64,000 nt of DNA, taken from NCBI GenBank assembly GCA_964470555.1, contig CAYYDG010000030.1, positions 12,954 through 76,953 on the forward strand, read 5' to 3'. Positions 26,433-37,276 of this stretch are shown in pieces; within the stretch, counting starts at the first letter, position 1; each line of letters begins with the position of its first letter. The notes under the pieces are model-generated. The model saw only the letters and a list, made by a program, of their open reading frames with translations. It ran no database searches and had not been told where the DNA came from. Source of the DNA: an uncultured Heliomicrobium sp. (GTDB lineage Bacteria > Acidobacteriota > Blastocatellia > RBC074). Made by a program: the position numbers and the translations under genes.

Positions 26433-29124
26433 TCAGCTTAGTCGGATACGCGCGTCAATCATGGTCAGGCCTTCGCCGCGCGGGTGAACGATGACCGGGT
26501 TCAAATCAATTTCGGCGATTTGCGGAACGGCTTCGGCCAGCGCGCCCAATCGCAAGAGCAAATCTTCGACGGCGGCAATGTCGGCTTCGGGCGCGCCGCG
26601 ATACCCTTTCAGCAAACGATGCGCCCGCGTGGACAGAATCATTTCGCGCGCGTCGCGGTCGGTCAACGGCAACACACGGAACACCACGTCGTCCAGCAAT
26701 TCGACCAGATAACCTCCAGAACCGAACGCGACCAACGGGCCAAACACCGGATCGTGCGTGACGCCGGCCAACACTTCAACGCCTGCTTTGGCCATGGGCA
26801 TGACGCTGGCGGCTTCGAGCGTGATGTTGTGCGCGGCCAATTGTCGTGTGAGTTGTTGGAATCCGGCAGCCGCGTCCGCCGGAGCGACGTTCAACAACAC
26901 GCCGCCCACATCGGATTTGTGCAGCACGGCGGGCTGATGAATTTTCAATGCAACCGGCGATTGAAATTCAGCGGCGGCAGCGGCAGCTTCTTCGACAGTT
27001 CGAACGATTTTGGCGCTGACGATGTGAATGCCCGCCGCGCTCAACAATGCCGCGACATCTGTTTGATTCAACCAGTCACCGTCCGTGTAGCGCGCAACGA
27101 TGGATTGAGCCAGGTCTCGGTCAACGGGAATGTCGGCGATGCTGCCAGTCGGCGTCGAACGCCACAATCCATAATTCGCAGCGGCGGCCAACGCGACTGC
27201 GGCGCTTTCAGGAAAGTCATACACCGGCACCGAACGTTTGGCTTTGGCGGTTTTCGATTCGCTGACCGGAACTTTGATCGTCGTCGAATAAGGATCGAAA
27301 AACACCGCCGCGACGGTTTTCTGCAAATTGGGGCGAGCCGCCAGCACGTCGCTCAAGACCTGAGCGACTTCGCGCGTAGGCGTCGCCAGCGGCGGAATGA
27401 AAATCACCAGCAGCGAATCCAGGTCGGGATCGTCGCAAAGAATTTCCAGACAGGCGCGGTAATGCGCAGGGCTGGCGCTGGCAATCATATCCACTGGATT
27501 GGTGACTGTTGCGGCGGCGGGCAGCACTTCGCGCAATTTTGTTTGTGTTGTTTCGCTGAGCGGCGGAATTTCCAATCCGGCGGCGATGGCCGCGTCCACG
27601 GCGATGATGCCTGGGCCTCCGCCGTTGGTCAGCACGCCCAGCCGTTTGCCTTTCGGAATTGGTTGCGAAGCCAGCAAACGCGCCACCGAAAAAAATTCTG
27701 CCAGCGTATCCACGCGAATGATTCCGGTTTGCGCAAACAGCGCATCGGCGGCCCGGTCGGAACTGGCCAGGGCAGCGGTGTGACTGGAAGCGGCGCGCGC
27801 TCCGGCGGAAGTCCGACCGGATTTGACAGCGACAATCGGTTTGGCGCGCGAAACTCGGCGGGCTATGCGCGCAAAACGACGCGGATTTCCAAAGCTTTCC
27901 AGATAAAACAAAATCACGTCGGTCGCTTCGTCCGATTCCCAGAATTGCAGCAGGTCGTTGCCGGAGATGTCGGCTTTGTTGCCGACGCTGATGAACGACG
28001 ACACGCCCAATCCAATCTCGCCGGCTTGCGCCATCAAGGCCAACCCAAGCGCGCCGGATTGCGAACTCATCGCTACATTGCCCGCCGGAGGTTCGACCGG
28101 CGCAAAGGTTCCGAGCAAGCGAACATTGCCCGACGTGTTGACCAATCCCATGCAGTTCGGACCGACCAAACGCATTCCCGAAGCGCGGCAAATGTCGAGC
28201 AGGTTTTTTTGCTCTGCGCGCCCTGCCTCTCCGGTTTCGGCAAAACCCGCGGACAACACGCACAACGCGCGAACGCCCGCAGCGGCGCACTGCCGAGCGG
28301 TTTCGATGACGTGCTCGGCGGGAACAGCGATGAAGACCAGTTCCGGCGGTTCCGGCAAATCGGCGATGGATGCGTAGGCGTGAACTCCGGCGATTGAATT
28401 CGCCGATTGATTGACGGGATACAACGTGCCGGTGAATCCCCAGCGCAACAGGTTGCGAAACAGCGCGCCTCCGACCGAAGCCGGGTTGCGGCTGGCTCCG
28501 ATGACGGCGACGGTTTTCGGTTCAAAGACGTGGCTCAAACTGGCGCGTTCGGCTTCGGCCTCCTGCGCGTCGCGTCGCGCTTCGGCGACTTCGCTGCGCG
28601 TGATGGGGAATTCCAGATGCGTCACGCCGTAACTGATGTTCGCCGTCAGCGCGTATCCGGCTTTGCGAAACACGGACAGCATCAAACGGTTATCGGCCAG
28701 CACGTCGGCGGCAAATCGCGTGATGTCGTGCCGCCGGGCGAATTCGGCCAGCGCATCCAGCAGAATCGTGCCGATGCCGCGTCGTTGAAAAGCGTCTTCG
28801 ACCAGGAACGAGACTTCGGCGGTGTCGGGGTGTTCTTCCAGCACGAAGTAACGACCGACAGCGACTATGGTTTCGCCTTGAGTGATGACCAGCGCCACGT
28901 GGCTTCGACCATCTACCGAAACCAGTTGATCCAGTTGCGAATCGGGCAGGGAAGTCACCATTCGCAAAAATCGGTAGCGAATGGTTTCTGGCGAACAGCG
29001 TTTGAACAAAGCGATCAGACCTTCACGATCGGTTTGTCGCAACGGGCGCATTTGCAACACTGTGCCGTCGCGCAACAGCACATCGCGGGAAAAATTGTCC
29101 AGTGAATGCAGTTCATTCGTCATA
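26433..29124 (-). CDS. Fusion of a GNAT N-acetyltransferase with an ADP-forming acyl-CoA synthetase (CoA-binding, succinyl-CoA-synthetase-like and ATP-grasp domains)
   Basis: GNAT motifs (RRGIGTILL) N-terminal; CoA-binding TVAVIGASRNP; ligase and ATP-grasp regions; start trimmed to MTNELHS. Confidence 0.75.
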
Positions 29125-29225
29125 ACTTTTGAAGCGGAAGTTTGTTCAAGGCCGAGAAGATAGGCCAAGCGCGAAATTGTGACAACTTGCTGCTGCAATT
29201 CTTGTTGCTTGGCGCAACGATTGGT

Positions 29226-29254
29226 TTGACAGCTATCAGGGCCATCCCTACAAT
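29226..29254 (+). promoter_or_regulatory. Consensus sigma-70 promoter TTGACA-17-TACAAT upstream of mutS2
   Basis: Exact hexamers with 17-nt spacer, 60 nt upstream of the start at 29315. Confidence 0.55.
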
Positions 29255-29314
29255 CTCGCAGTTTCAATAGCCGATGTTGGAAGTTTATCCCCCTCGCGGC
29301 TGCACGAAGAACGA

Positions 29315-31735
29315 ATGCCAAGCCAAGCCATCACAACGCTTGAGTTCGACAAACTCAAGGAAACTCTGCTGCAACAGATTCGCACCCCGCTCGGAGCGGC
29401 GCTGGCCGAAGAGTTGCAGGTTTCTACCAATGCAGAGCAAATCAGACGCGATTTGCGGCTGACGGGCGAAGGTGTGTCTTATCTGCGCGAAGGCACAGCC
29501 ATGGACATTCACGATTTGCCAGACCCGCGTTCACCGCTCGGCAAATTGGGAATCGCCGACATCAATCTGGAACCGCTGGAAATCATTGATCTGCTGCGTC
29601 TGATTTCCGTCGCGATGGGGTTGCGCGAAACTTTCCACGAAGAGCGCGAAAAATTCCCGCTCATACGCGAAATCACCGAACCGATTCCGAATCTGCGCGC
29701 GCTGTATCAACGACTGCGCGGACGCATTTCACCCAGCGGCGAAGTCGAAGATTTCGCCAGTCCAGAATTACGCGAGATTCGTTTTCAAATTTCCAAGCTG
29801 CGGTCACAGGTTCAACGGTCGCTGGAAACGATCCTCAAGCGCGCCGAAGCCGACCACGCGCTGCGCGATGAATACGTCACCATTCGCAACGACCGTTACG
29901 TCATCCCGATTCGCAACGACAATCGCGGCGCGGTGCAGGGAGTCGTTCACGGCATGTCTTCGTCGGGGCAAACGGCGTTTGTCGAACCGCTGGAAACGAT
30001 CAACCTGAACAACGAACTGGTTCGGCTCCGCGAAATCGAACAGACCGAAATCATCAAGGTGCTGTTCGCCATCACCGAAGAGTTGCGCGACGAACGCGAC
30101 GCTTTGGCGCAGATGGCTGATGCCGTGGCGCAGATTGATTTCATCTCGGCAAAGGCTCGATTGGCGCTCAATCACGATGCGATTGAACCGACGATTAACG
30201 AAAACGGGCGACTGCATTTGAAAGATGCGCGCCATCCGCTGCTGGAAGCGAATTTGAAAGCTCAGCGCTTGCCGATTGTGCCGTTGTCGCTCGATTTGGA
30301 CAGCGATCATCGAGTGATGGTCATCAGCGGCCCGAACGCTGGCGGCAAAACCGTCGTGTTGAAAACCGTCGGGTTGTTGTCGTTGATGGCGCAAGCCGGA
30401 TTGCACGTTCCCGCCATGGCCGCCGATTTGCCGATCTTCAACCAATCGCTGGCGGACATTGGCGATCATCAATCCATCGCGGCGAACCTTTCGACTTTCA
30501 CGGCGCACATTCAAAACATTCGCAACATCAGCGAAGAATTCGATCCGCCCGCGTTGATTTTGCTCGACGAAGTCGGAACCGGAACCGATCCAGAGGAAGG
30601 CTCGGCTTTGGGCGTGGCGATGGTGGATTATTTCCGCGAACGCGGCGCGCACGTCATTGTCACCACGCATTACAGTGGTTTGAAGGTTTACGCGACGAAC
30701 ACGCCGGGTGTCATCAATGCCAGCGTCGAATTCGACGAACGCACGTTGAAACCGACTTACAAATTGCTGGTCGGTTTGGCCGGGTCTTCATCGGGAATTG
30801 AAATCGCTCGCAGGTTTGGCCTACCGAAAGCCATCACCGAACGCGCAGCGGAAAAAGTTCAAACCGCCAGCGCAGACGCGACGGAATACTTGCGACGATT
30901 GAAAGATCAGTTCGACAATCAGCAACAAATGGTTGTCGCTCTGGAAGAAGAGCGCGCGCTGGTTGCCGACAAATACTCCAAACTGGAATTGGAATTCATC
31001 AAGCGCGAGAAGGAGCGCGAAAAAGAATTTCGCTCCGAATTGCAAAAAATCGTCGAAGAATTCACGGCGAAGGCCGAAAAATTCGCTTCTACAATTGAAG
31101 ACGCTGCGACGGCTCGTAAAGTCAAAAAGGAGATCGAGCGTCGCACCGTCGAGTTGAAAGCTTCAGCCAGTTCCGCCGCGCGCGAATTGCGCAAGCAGCA
31201 AGGCATTCTGACCGCCGAAGAACAAGCCGCGATTGCCGCCGAAGAAGCTGTGCCGGAAATCGTGGACTTTGAAATTGGCGACCGCGTTCGCGTCTTGTCG
31301 CTCAATCAGGAAGGCTTGATCGAGTCAATCAAAGGCGAAGAAATCGTCGTTCAGGTTGGCGCGTTGCGTTTCCGCGAAGTTGCCGACAATTTGCGATTTG
31401 TTGAGCGCAAACAAGCAAATCAGAAAGCTGCGAAAGCGGCTGCCGGTTTGCCAAAAGGCGTTTCGGTTTCGCTGAAAGACCAACCGACGGTCGGTTCGGA
31501 GTTGAACGTTATCGGTAAGACGACGAACGAAGCGACCTACGAAGCCGACAAGTTTCTGGATGCGGCATATCTGGATAATCACGACCGCGTTCGCATCGTT
31601 CACGGCATGGGAATGGGCGCGCTGAAACGGGCGATTGCCGATCTGCTTTCCGGCCATCCGCATGTGGCAAAGTTCTATCCGGCGGAGCAAAATGAAGGCG
31701 GCAATGGGGCGACGATTGTCGAGTTGAAGATGTAA
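29315..31735 (+). CDS. mutS2: Endonuclease MutS2 (MutS domains plus C-terminal Smr domain)
   Basis: Walker A GPNAGGKT, MutS2-type N-terminus, C-terminal Smr motif ([14 protein letters not shown]). Confidence 0.9.
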   Translation: MPSQAITTLEFDKLKETLLQQIRTPLGAALAEELQVSTNAEQIRRDLRLTGEGVSYLREGTAMDIHDLPDPRSPLGKLGIADINLEPLEIIDLLRLISVAMGLRETFHEEREKFPLIREITEPIPNLRALYQRLRGRISPSGEVEDFASPELREIRFQISKLRSQVQRSLETILKRAEADHALRDEYVTIRNDRYVIPIRNDNRGAVQGVVHGMSSSGQTAFVEPLETINLNNELVRLREIEQTEIIKVLFAITEELRDERDALAQMADAVAQIDFISAKARLALNHDAIEPTINENGRLHLKDARHPLLEANLKAQRLPIVPLSLDLDSDHRVMVISGPNAGGKTVVLKTVGLLSLMAQAGLHVPAMAADLPIFNQSLADIGDHQSIAANLSTFTAHIQNIRNISEEFDPPALILLDEVGTGTDPEEGSALGVAMVDYFRERGAHVIVTTHYSGLKVYATNTPGVINASVEFDERTLKPTYKLLVGLAGSSSGIEIARRFGLPKAITERAAEKVQTASADATEYLRRLKDQFDNQQQMVVALEEERALVADKYSKLELEFIKREKEREKEFRSELQKIVEEFTAKAEKFASTIEDAATARKVKKEIERRTVELKASASSAARELRKQQGILTAEEQAAIAAEEAVPEIVDFEIGDRVRVLSLNQEGLIESIKGEEIVVQVGALRFREVADNLRFVERKQANQKAAKAAAGLPKGVSVSLKDQPTVGSELNVIGKTTNEATYEADKFLDAAYLDNHDRVRIVHGMGMGALKRAIADLLSGHPHVAKFYPAEQNEGGNGATIVELKM

Positions 31736-31764
31736 TTTGGTTTAGAGGCAATGGAGGATCAGTT

Positions 31765-32121
31765 ATGAATACCGATATTAATGCCAATGCCTGCATCTCT
31801 GAGCTTGAAACCGAACTCGCCGATGCGCTGAATCGCATATCCAAAAATGAAGGCACGGTTGAACAATTGAACAAATCTATCGCCAGTGGGAATGGAATGA
31901 CGAATTGGCAATTTGTTGTTTTCGTTTTTGCGCTTGCTGGTTCATTGCTTGGTTCGATGTATTGGGCGACAGGAGTTTTAGAAAAACGGTTTGATGAACG
32001 CTTTACTCAAATGGAAAAGCGATTTGAAGATAACCGGATTCAAATGGAAAAACGATTCGAGCTAACCGAAAAGCGGTTTGAAGATTTGCGCCAAGTTGTT
32101 TTATCTCAGCAAAAGCGATAG
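31765..32121 (+). CDS. Small membrane-anchored coiled-coil protein with KRFE repeats; gene GC is lower than its neighbours
   Basis: TM helix WQFVVFVFALAGSLLGSMYW; repeats EKRFDERF/EKRFEDNR/EKRFELTEKRFEDLR; good RBS. Confidence 0.6.
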   Translation: MNTDINANACISELETELADALNRISKNEGTVEQLNKSIASGNGMTNWQFVVFVFALAGSLLGSMYWATGVLEKRFDERFTQMEKRFEDNRIQMEKRFELTEKRFEDLRQVVLSQQKR

Positions 32122-32175
32122 CGGGTTTTCGCCAGTGTACTTTCTGCCAGCATATTTTCTGAAAGTTGGATTGCT

Positions 32176-33984
32176 ATGAAAATCCCGCGTGGGTTCAGCG
32201 ATGAGTTACTAAATCAAGCCGATATTTTGCGGATTGTCGGTGATTACGTTTCGCTGAAAAAAGCCGGGAGCAATTACAAAGCTTGCTGTCCGTTTCACAA
32301 CGAAAAGACGCCGAGTTTCAACGTCAACCCGTCCAAAGGTATTTTCAAATGCTTTGGGTGCGGCAAAGGTGGCAATGCAATCACCTTCGTCATGGAAATC
32401 GAAGGCGCTCCGTTTCCTGAAGCGGTCAAGATCGTCGCCGAAAAATGTGGGATCGCGGTTCCGGTGGTTGCTGATGACCAGCGCGATTATGAAGAACGCG
32501 ATAGGCAACGCGCCGATTTGCTGCAATTGAATGCCTGGGCGACCGAGTTCTTTGAACAAAACCTGACCGAAACTGCCGAAGGCCGACGCGGGCTGGCTTA
32601 TCTGGAAGGGCGTGGAATTACCGAAGCGACTCGGCAACAGTTTCGGCTGGGGTATGCGCCGAACAGTTGGGACGCGATGAGCAGTTTTTTGCGTTCGCGC
32701 GGAGCTTCGACGGCGCAAATCGAACGCAGCGGTCTGGTGACTCTGAAAGAAGCGGGCGGCTTTTACGATCGGTTTCGCGGACGGTTGATGTTCCCGATTT
32801 GCGATACTCAGGGGCGAGCGGTCGCTTTTGGCGGGCGCATCATCGGCGAAGGCGAGCCGAAATACCTGAATTCGCCTGAAACCGCCGTCTACACCAAAGG
32901 CCAGCATCTGTTTGGTCTTGGGTATTCACGCGATTCGATACGGAATAAGGACTTTGCGATTCTGGTCGAAGGTTATCTGGATTTCCTGATTCCGTTTCAG
33001 GAAGGCGTTCGCAACCTGGTTGCCAGTCTGGGAACAGCGCTGACCGAAAACCAGGTGCGGCTGTTGGGGCGATATACGCGAAAAATTGTAGTGAATTTCG
33101 ACCCGGATTCGGCTGGAGTGGCGGCGACCAAACGCAGCCTGGAATTGCTTTTGGGCGAAGGGTTCAAGGTCAATGTGCTGACCTTGCCGGACAACTTGGA
33201 TCCCGATGAGTTCATCCGAGCGCGCGGCGCAGACGGTTACTTGCGATTGCTCAAGAACTCCCAACCTTTTCTGGATTACATAGTTGAACAGGCTGTCGGC
33301 GCAAATGACCAGAAATCCCCATCCGGTAAAGTCGAAACGATTAACTCAATTCTGCCGTACTTAAAGTTGGTAAAAGATCGGATCGAACGTTCAGAGCAGT
33401 TTGAACGCATCGCCGACCGGCTGAAAATTGACAGTAAGCTGATTCGCCAGGAATTCAAAAAGGCTGCCGAAACGCGGCAGGAAAAAGTCAGCGAACGCGC
33501 GGTCATTGCCAGCGTCGCGTTGAAACCTGCGGAGCGAAAGTTGCTAGAGGTTTTACTCAATTGCCAGCCCATTCGGCGGCAGTTGAGTCTGAAAATCACC
33601 GAAGAAGATTATTTCGGCCTCAGAACCGAAAAACTTTTTCACACGATCTTTGAGTTTGAACGTCAACAGATAGAGATTTCGTATCCGGCATTGAGTCAGC
33701 AACTCGGCGACGAGGAATTGGCAAGCGATTTGCTGCCCAGACTGATGATCAGTGACACCGAGTTTGATGTGACGGATCAGGAATCTCTGAATCGAGCTGA
33801 ACGGGAGGCGTTGGAAAGTCTTCACAGCTTGCGCTGCGGAAAATTGGCCGAACGACAATCGGCACTCCAAGCTGAGCTAAACCAGGCGCAACGAAGCAAC
33901 AACCCCGAACGTTTAGGCGAATTGATGATGCTCAAGTTTGAATTGGCCAAACAGGAACGAGAATTGGCGCGATGGAACGGCTAA
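32176..33984 (+). CDS. dnaG: DNA primase
   Basis: Zinc ribbon [13 protein letters not shown]...CFGCGKGG; Toprim region. Confidence 0.9.
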   Translation: MKIPRGFSDELLNQADILRIVGDYVSLKKAGSNYKACCPFHNEKTPSFNVNPSKGIFKCFGCGKGGNAITFVMEIEGAPFPEAVKIVAEKCGIAVPVVADDQRDYEERDRQRADLLQLNAWATEFFEQNLTETAEGRRGLAYLEGRGITEATRQQFRLGYAPNSWDAMSSFLRSRGASTAQIERSGLVTLKEAGGFYDRFRGRLMFPICDTQGRAVAFGGRIIGEGEPKYLNSPETAVYTKGQHLFGLGYSRDSIRNKDFAILVEGYLDFLIPFQEGVRNLVASLGTALTENQVRLLGRYTRKIVVNFDPDSAGVAATKRSLELLLGEGFKVNVLTLPDNLDPDEFIRARGADGYLRLLKNSQPFLDYIVEQAVGANDQKSPSGKVETINSILPYLKLVKDRIERSEQFERIADRLKIDSKLIRQEFKKAAETRQEKVSERAVIASVALKPAERKLLEVLLNCQPIRRQLSLKITEEDYFGLRTEKLFHTIFEFERQQIEISYPALSQQLGDEELASDLLPRLMISDTEFDVTDQESLNRAEREALESLHSLRCGKLAERQSALQAELNQAQRSNNPERLGELMMLKFELAKQERELARWNG

Positions 33985-34126
33985 AAAGTGAGTAGCCGGA
34001 TAATTCTCAATGACAAGTCGCCAAACCGTTGACCTGATGGGCACGTAACAAAAAAAAGAAGTAAGACACAAGGAGTGAAAGCTTTGGTGTGGCGATTTTG
34101 CTGTCGCACCGAAAGGAGAGTCCAAA

Positions 34127-35839
34127 TTGGAAGAAAAATACACAGAAGATGTTCAGAAGCTCCTGGACATGGGCATGGGGAAGGAAAAACCTTTCTTGAG
34201 CTATGACGACATCAATCAGGAACTGCCTGAAGGATTGGTTTCGCCGGACGAAATCGAAGACATTTTTGCGGCGCTCGGCGGAGAAGGCATCACCATTGGC
34301 GATTCCGAAGAGAAGTTTCTGGAAAGCGCCGTCGCTGCCGCCAATGCCGACAAAAAGATGGATGAGGCGCAGGAAGAAGAGGTCGAACAACTCGATCTTT
34401 CTCCGGGCAATCTGGAAAAAACCAACGATCCGGTTCGTTTGTATCTGCGCGAAATGGGCATTGTGCCGCTGTTGACCCGCGAAGGCGAAGTCGCCATCGC
34501 CAAACGCATCGAACGCGGCAAAATCCGCGCGCAGAAAGCTGTTTCCCGTTCGCCGATTGCCGTTGCCGAGCTGATTCAAATCGGCAAGGAATTGAACGAG
34601 GAATATCTTTCCGTTCGTGAAATCGTGACCTTCACCGAACAGGAAGGCATCACCGAAGAAAAAATTCTCGAATATCACAACTACACGCTGGAAACGATTG
34701 CGGAAATCGGCAAGGTCTTCAAAAAGACCAACCAGATGTATGAAAAATTGCTTGCCGAACCGAAACGTTCGCCTAAGCTGAACAAGATGAAGCGCAAACT
34801 GGCTCGGCAACGCATCGAACTTTCGCATCTGTTCCGGTTGCTGGAATTTACGCCGAAGGTGCAGGAACGATTGATCGGCGCAATGCGTCGCGCTTCGATG
34901 GAAGTCAAAGAAACCGAGCGCGAAATTGACAAGCTGCAACGTTCGTACGAACGCAAACGCAACGAAGACGAAAAGAAAGAAGCTGAAAAGAAGCTTCGCG
35001 CCACCAAACGTCATTTGACTCAATTGGAAGAGCAGCATCGTTTGCCCGCTATGGACATCAAACGTTCGCTGCAAACCGTCATTGCCGGCGAAGCCGAAGC
35101 GCAGCAAGCCAAGAAAGAACTGGTCGAAGCTAACCTTCGATTGGTGGTTTCCATTGCCAAGAAATACACCAACCGTGGATTGCAGTTCCTGGACCTGATT
35201 CAGGAAGGCAACATCGGGTTGATGAAGGCTGTGGACAAGTTCGAGTATCGTCGCGGATATAAGTTTTCGACATACGCCACGTGGTGGATTCGGCAGGCGA
35301 TCACTCGTGCAATTGCCGACCAAGCCAGAACAATCCGAATTCCGGTTCACATGATCGAAACGATCAACAAACTGATTCGGACTTCACGCGCGCTGGTGCA
35401 GGAACTCGGACGCGAGCCAACGTCGGAAGAGATCGCCAAGAAGATGGACATTCCTGCGTCGAAAGTTCGCAAGGTGCTAAAGATCGCCCAGGAACCAATC
35501 TCGCTCGAAACTCCCATCGGAGAAGAGGAAGATTCGCATCTTGGAGATTTCATCGAAGACAAGACGATTCAGAACCCGGCGGAAGCCGTCATCAACATCA
35601 ACCTGCGGGAAATTACCGAAGAAGTGTTGAAGACGTTGACGCCGCGCGAAGAAAAAGTCATCAAGATGCGCTTCGGTCTTGGCCCGAACGGCAGCGAACA
35701 CACGCTGGAAGAAGTCGGCCAGCATTTCGCCGTCACCCGCGAACGCATTCGCCAAATTGAAGCCAAAGCGCTTCGCAAACTCCGTCATCCGTCGCGCTCT
35801 CGTAAGCTGAAAGCGTTTCTGGAAAGCGGCAGACCCTGA
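34127..35839 (+). CDS. rpoD: RNA polymerase primary sigma factor (sigma-70)
   Basis: Regions 1.1 to 4 including [18 protein letters not shown] and the r4 HTH; probable TTG start with AAGGAGAG RBS. Confidence 0.9.
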   Translation: MEEKYTEDVQKLLDMGMGKEKPFLSYDDINQELPEGLVSPDEIEDIFAALGGEGITIGDSEEKFLESAVAAANADKKMDEAQEEEVEQLDLSPGNLEKTNDPVRLYLREMGIVPLLTREGEVAIAKRIERGKIRAQKAVSRSPIAVAELIQIGKELNEEYLSVREIVTFTEQEGITEEKILEYHNYTLETIAEIGKVFKKTNQMYEKLLAEPKRSPKLNKMKRKLARQRIELSHLFRLLEFTPKVQERLIGAMRRASMEVKETEREIDKLQRSYERKRNEDEKKEAEKKLRATKRHLTQLEEQHRLPAMDIKRSLQTVIAGEAEAQQAKKELVEANLRLVVSIAKKYTNRGLQFLDLIQEGNIGLMKAVDKFEYRRGYKFSTYATWWIRQAITRAIADQARTIRIPVHMIETINKLIRTSRALVQELGREPTSEEIAKKMDIPASKVRKVLKIAQEPISLETPIGEEEDSHLGDFIEDKTIQNPAEAVININLREITEEVLKTLTPREEKVIKMRFGLGPNGSEHTLEEVGQHFAVTRERIRQIEAKALRKLRHPSRSRKLKAFLESGRP

Positions 35840-35862
35840 AATTCTACAACCAGAACAAACCA

Positions 35863-35902
35863 AGCCTCAGTTGCCTTTGCAGGTGACTGAGGCTTTTTTG
35901 TT
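35863..35902 (+). terminator. rpoD rho-independent terminator
   Basis: AAGCCTCAGT...ACTGAGGCTT stem followed by TTTTTTGTT. Confidence 0.75.
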
Positions 35903-36051
35903 ATTCTCGATAGCTCATCTTGTCCTTCAAATCATGTAGCTCCTGAGGACGATCAACACGACAGTAAGTAACAGTTAGCATATTCACTTTATGTGGCAGG
36001 TGGCGCTCGTTGAGGTGGAGTTCGGGTATTTTTTTTTCTCGCTTTTCTGGG

Positions 36052-36080
36052 TTGACAGAGCTAGCTGGCATGTATAGCAT
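36052..36080 (+). promoter_or_regulatory. Candidate promoter TTGACA-17-TAGCAT for the gene at 36255
   Basis: Hexamers read directly from the sequence. Confidence 0.35.
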
Positions 36081-36254
36081 TCGCGCCGAAGTTGCCCAAA
36101 AACACAAAACATTCAGTAACTCTTCTGTGGGAAGCGCTTTTTCATAGTTTTCGAGGCATTGCAGTAAGATCCTCGGCAATAAGGTGAAAGGTGCGTCGCG
36201 CCGAATAGCCAAAACTCCCAATAACAACCAAATCCTTAACCGAGGAAACTACAA

Positions 36255-37148
36255 GTGAAAGTTACTTTGAAAGCCATGGCTTCAGGAATTGCTCTGTTCA
36301 TATTGTTGACAGCCGGAAGCAAAGCGAAAGCGTCAGAAACGACCTCTGCCGTGAAGCCTGCGGCAACTCAGGTTGAATACGTATTTACCAGCAACGGCAT
36401 CATGGCCGGGGCTGAGCCTTCGCCGTTGGAGATCGTTCAGGTTGCGCGCAATGAATCTGCACTTCCGATTGGCGGAGTGTTCAAATCCGACATGGACTTG
36501 TTGAGCAATGCGGTGATTCGCGTCAAAAACAGCTCAAAAGAGGAAATCAAAGTTGCTCGTTTGGCCGTTGATTGGATTGACCCCCAAGTTGGCCGAACAT
36601 TCGCGACTATGTGTGGCCTCGAAGTAAGCTCATTAGCGCCTGGCGCTGAATTCGTCGGGAAGGCTACAACAATCAGCGCGGAAAAAATGAGAAACGGTTT
36701 TGCCATAGCCGGACGGGCACAACAACGCTTGCTGGTTCGCGTCGACACGGTTGAGCTTGCTAACGACACTTTGTGGCAATACGGAGTTATGCATCGCAAA
36801 GACCCGAACTCTCCGGATGGTTGGACGCGAATATCTCAAGCTGTCCCCTACAGAAAAATTGCCCGCTATCTTCAGACGCATAATGCTAGCATCAAAAAGG
36901 AAAATATTGTGAGCCCAGCCAGCACATTCTCAATATGTGCTTATTGGAAAGGGGCTTCGGCGGCCTACCCTACCTTTTGCGAAAGTTGTGGCTGCAACAT
37001 CTACAATGATGCCTATGACTTAAACACCCCTCAGCCTAATGGCTTTGACAGGTTCCTTTTTGATTATATTCCACAAGGATGTGCTGGGTATGGTTGGTGG
37101 GAATGCCCAGACTGCTATAAGATGAGTATCATTAGCTACACTTGTTAG
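36255..37148 (+). CDS. Hypothetical secreted protein with Cys-rich C-terminus (CESCGC...CPDCYK...C)
   Basis: GTG start with GAGGA RBS; signal peptide; lies within the AT-rich island. Confidence 0.55.
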   Translation: MKVTLKAMASGIALFILLTAGSKAKASETTSAVKPAATQVEYVFTSNGIMAGAEPSPLEIVQVARNESALPIGGVFKSDMDLLSNAVIRVKNSSKEEIKVARLAVDWIDPQVGRTFATMCGLEVSSLAPGAEFVGKATTISAEKMRNGFAIAGRAQQRLLVRVDTVELANDTLWQYGVMHRKDPNSPDGWTRISQAVPYRKIARYLQTHNASIKKENIVSPASTFSICAYWKGASAAYPTFCESCGCNIYNDAYDLNTPQPNGFDRFLFDYIPQGCAGYGWWECPDCYKMSIISYTC

Positions 37149-37173
37149 CCACAATCCGATCAATTTAATAAGC

Positions 37174-37222
37174 TTAAAAGCATTTAGCAGGACACGTTGT
37201 CCTGCTAAATGCTTTTAAGTTA
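37174..37222 (+). terminator. Perfect 18-bp palindromic hairpin plus T-tract terminator
   Basis: AAAAGCATTTAGCAGGAC-acgtt-GTCCTGCTAAATGCTTTT. Confidence 0.8.
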
Positions 37223-37276
37223 GTGATTACACTACTCTCCAAATTATATCTCTTAGTCTACTCCGGAGTCCTTTTT

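Noticed and set aside
35901-36227. 108-aa minus-strand ORF in the AT-rich region
   Set aside because: No RBS and an odd composition. It overlaps the candidate promoter of the 36255 gene and is probably non-coding.
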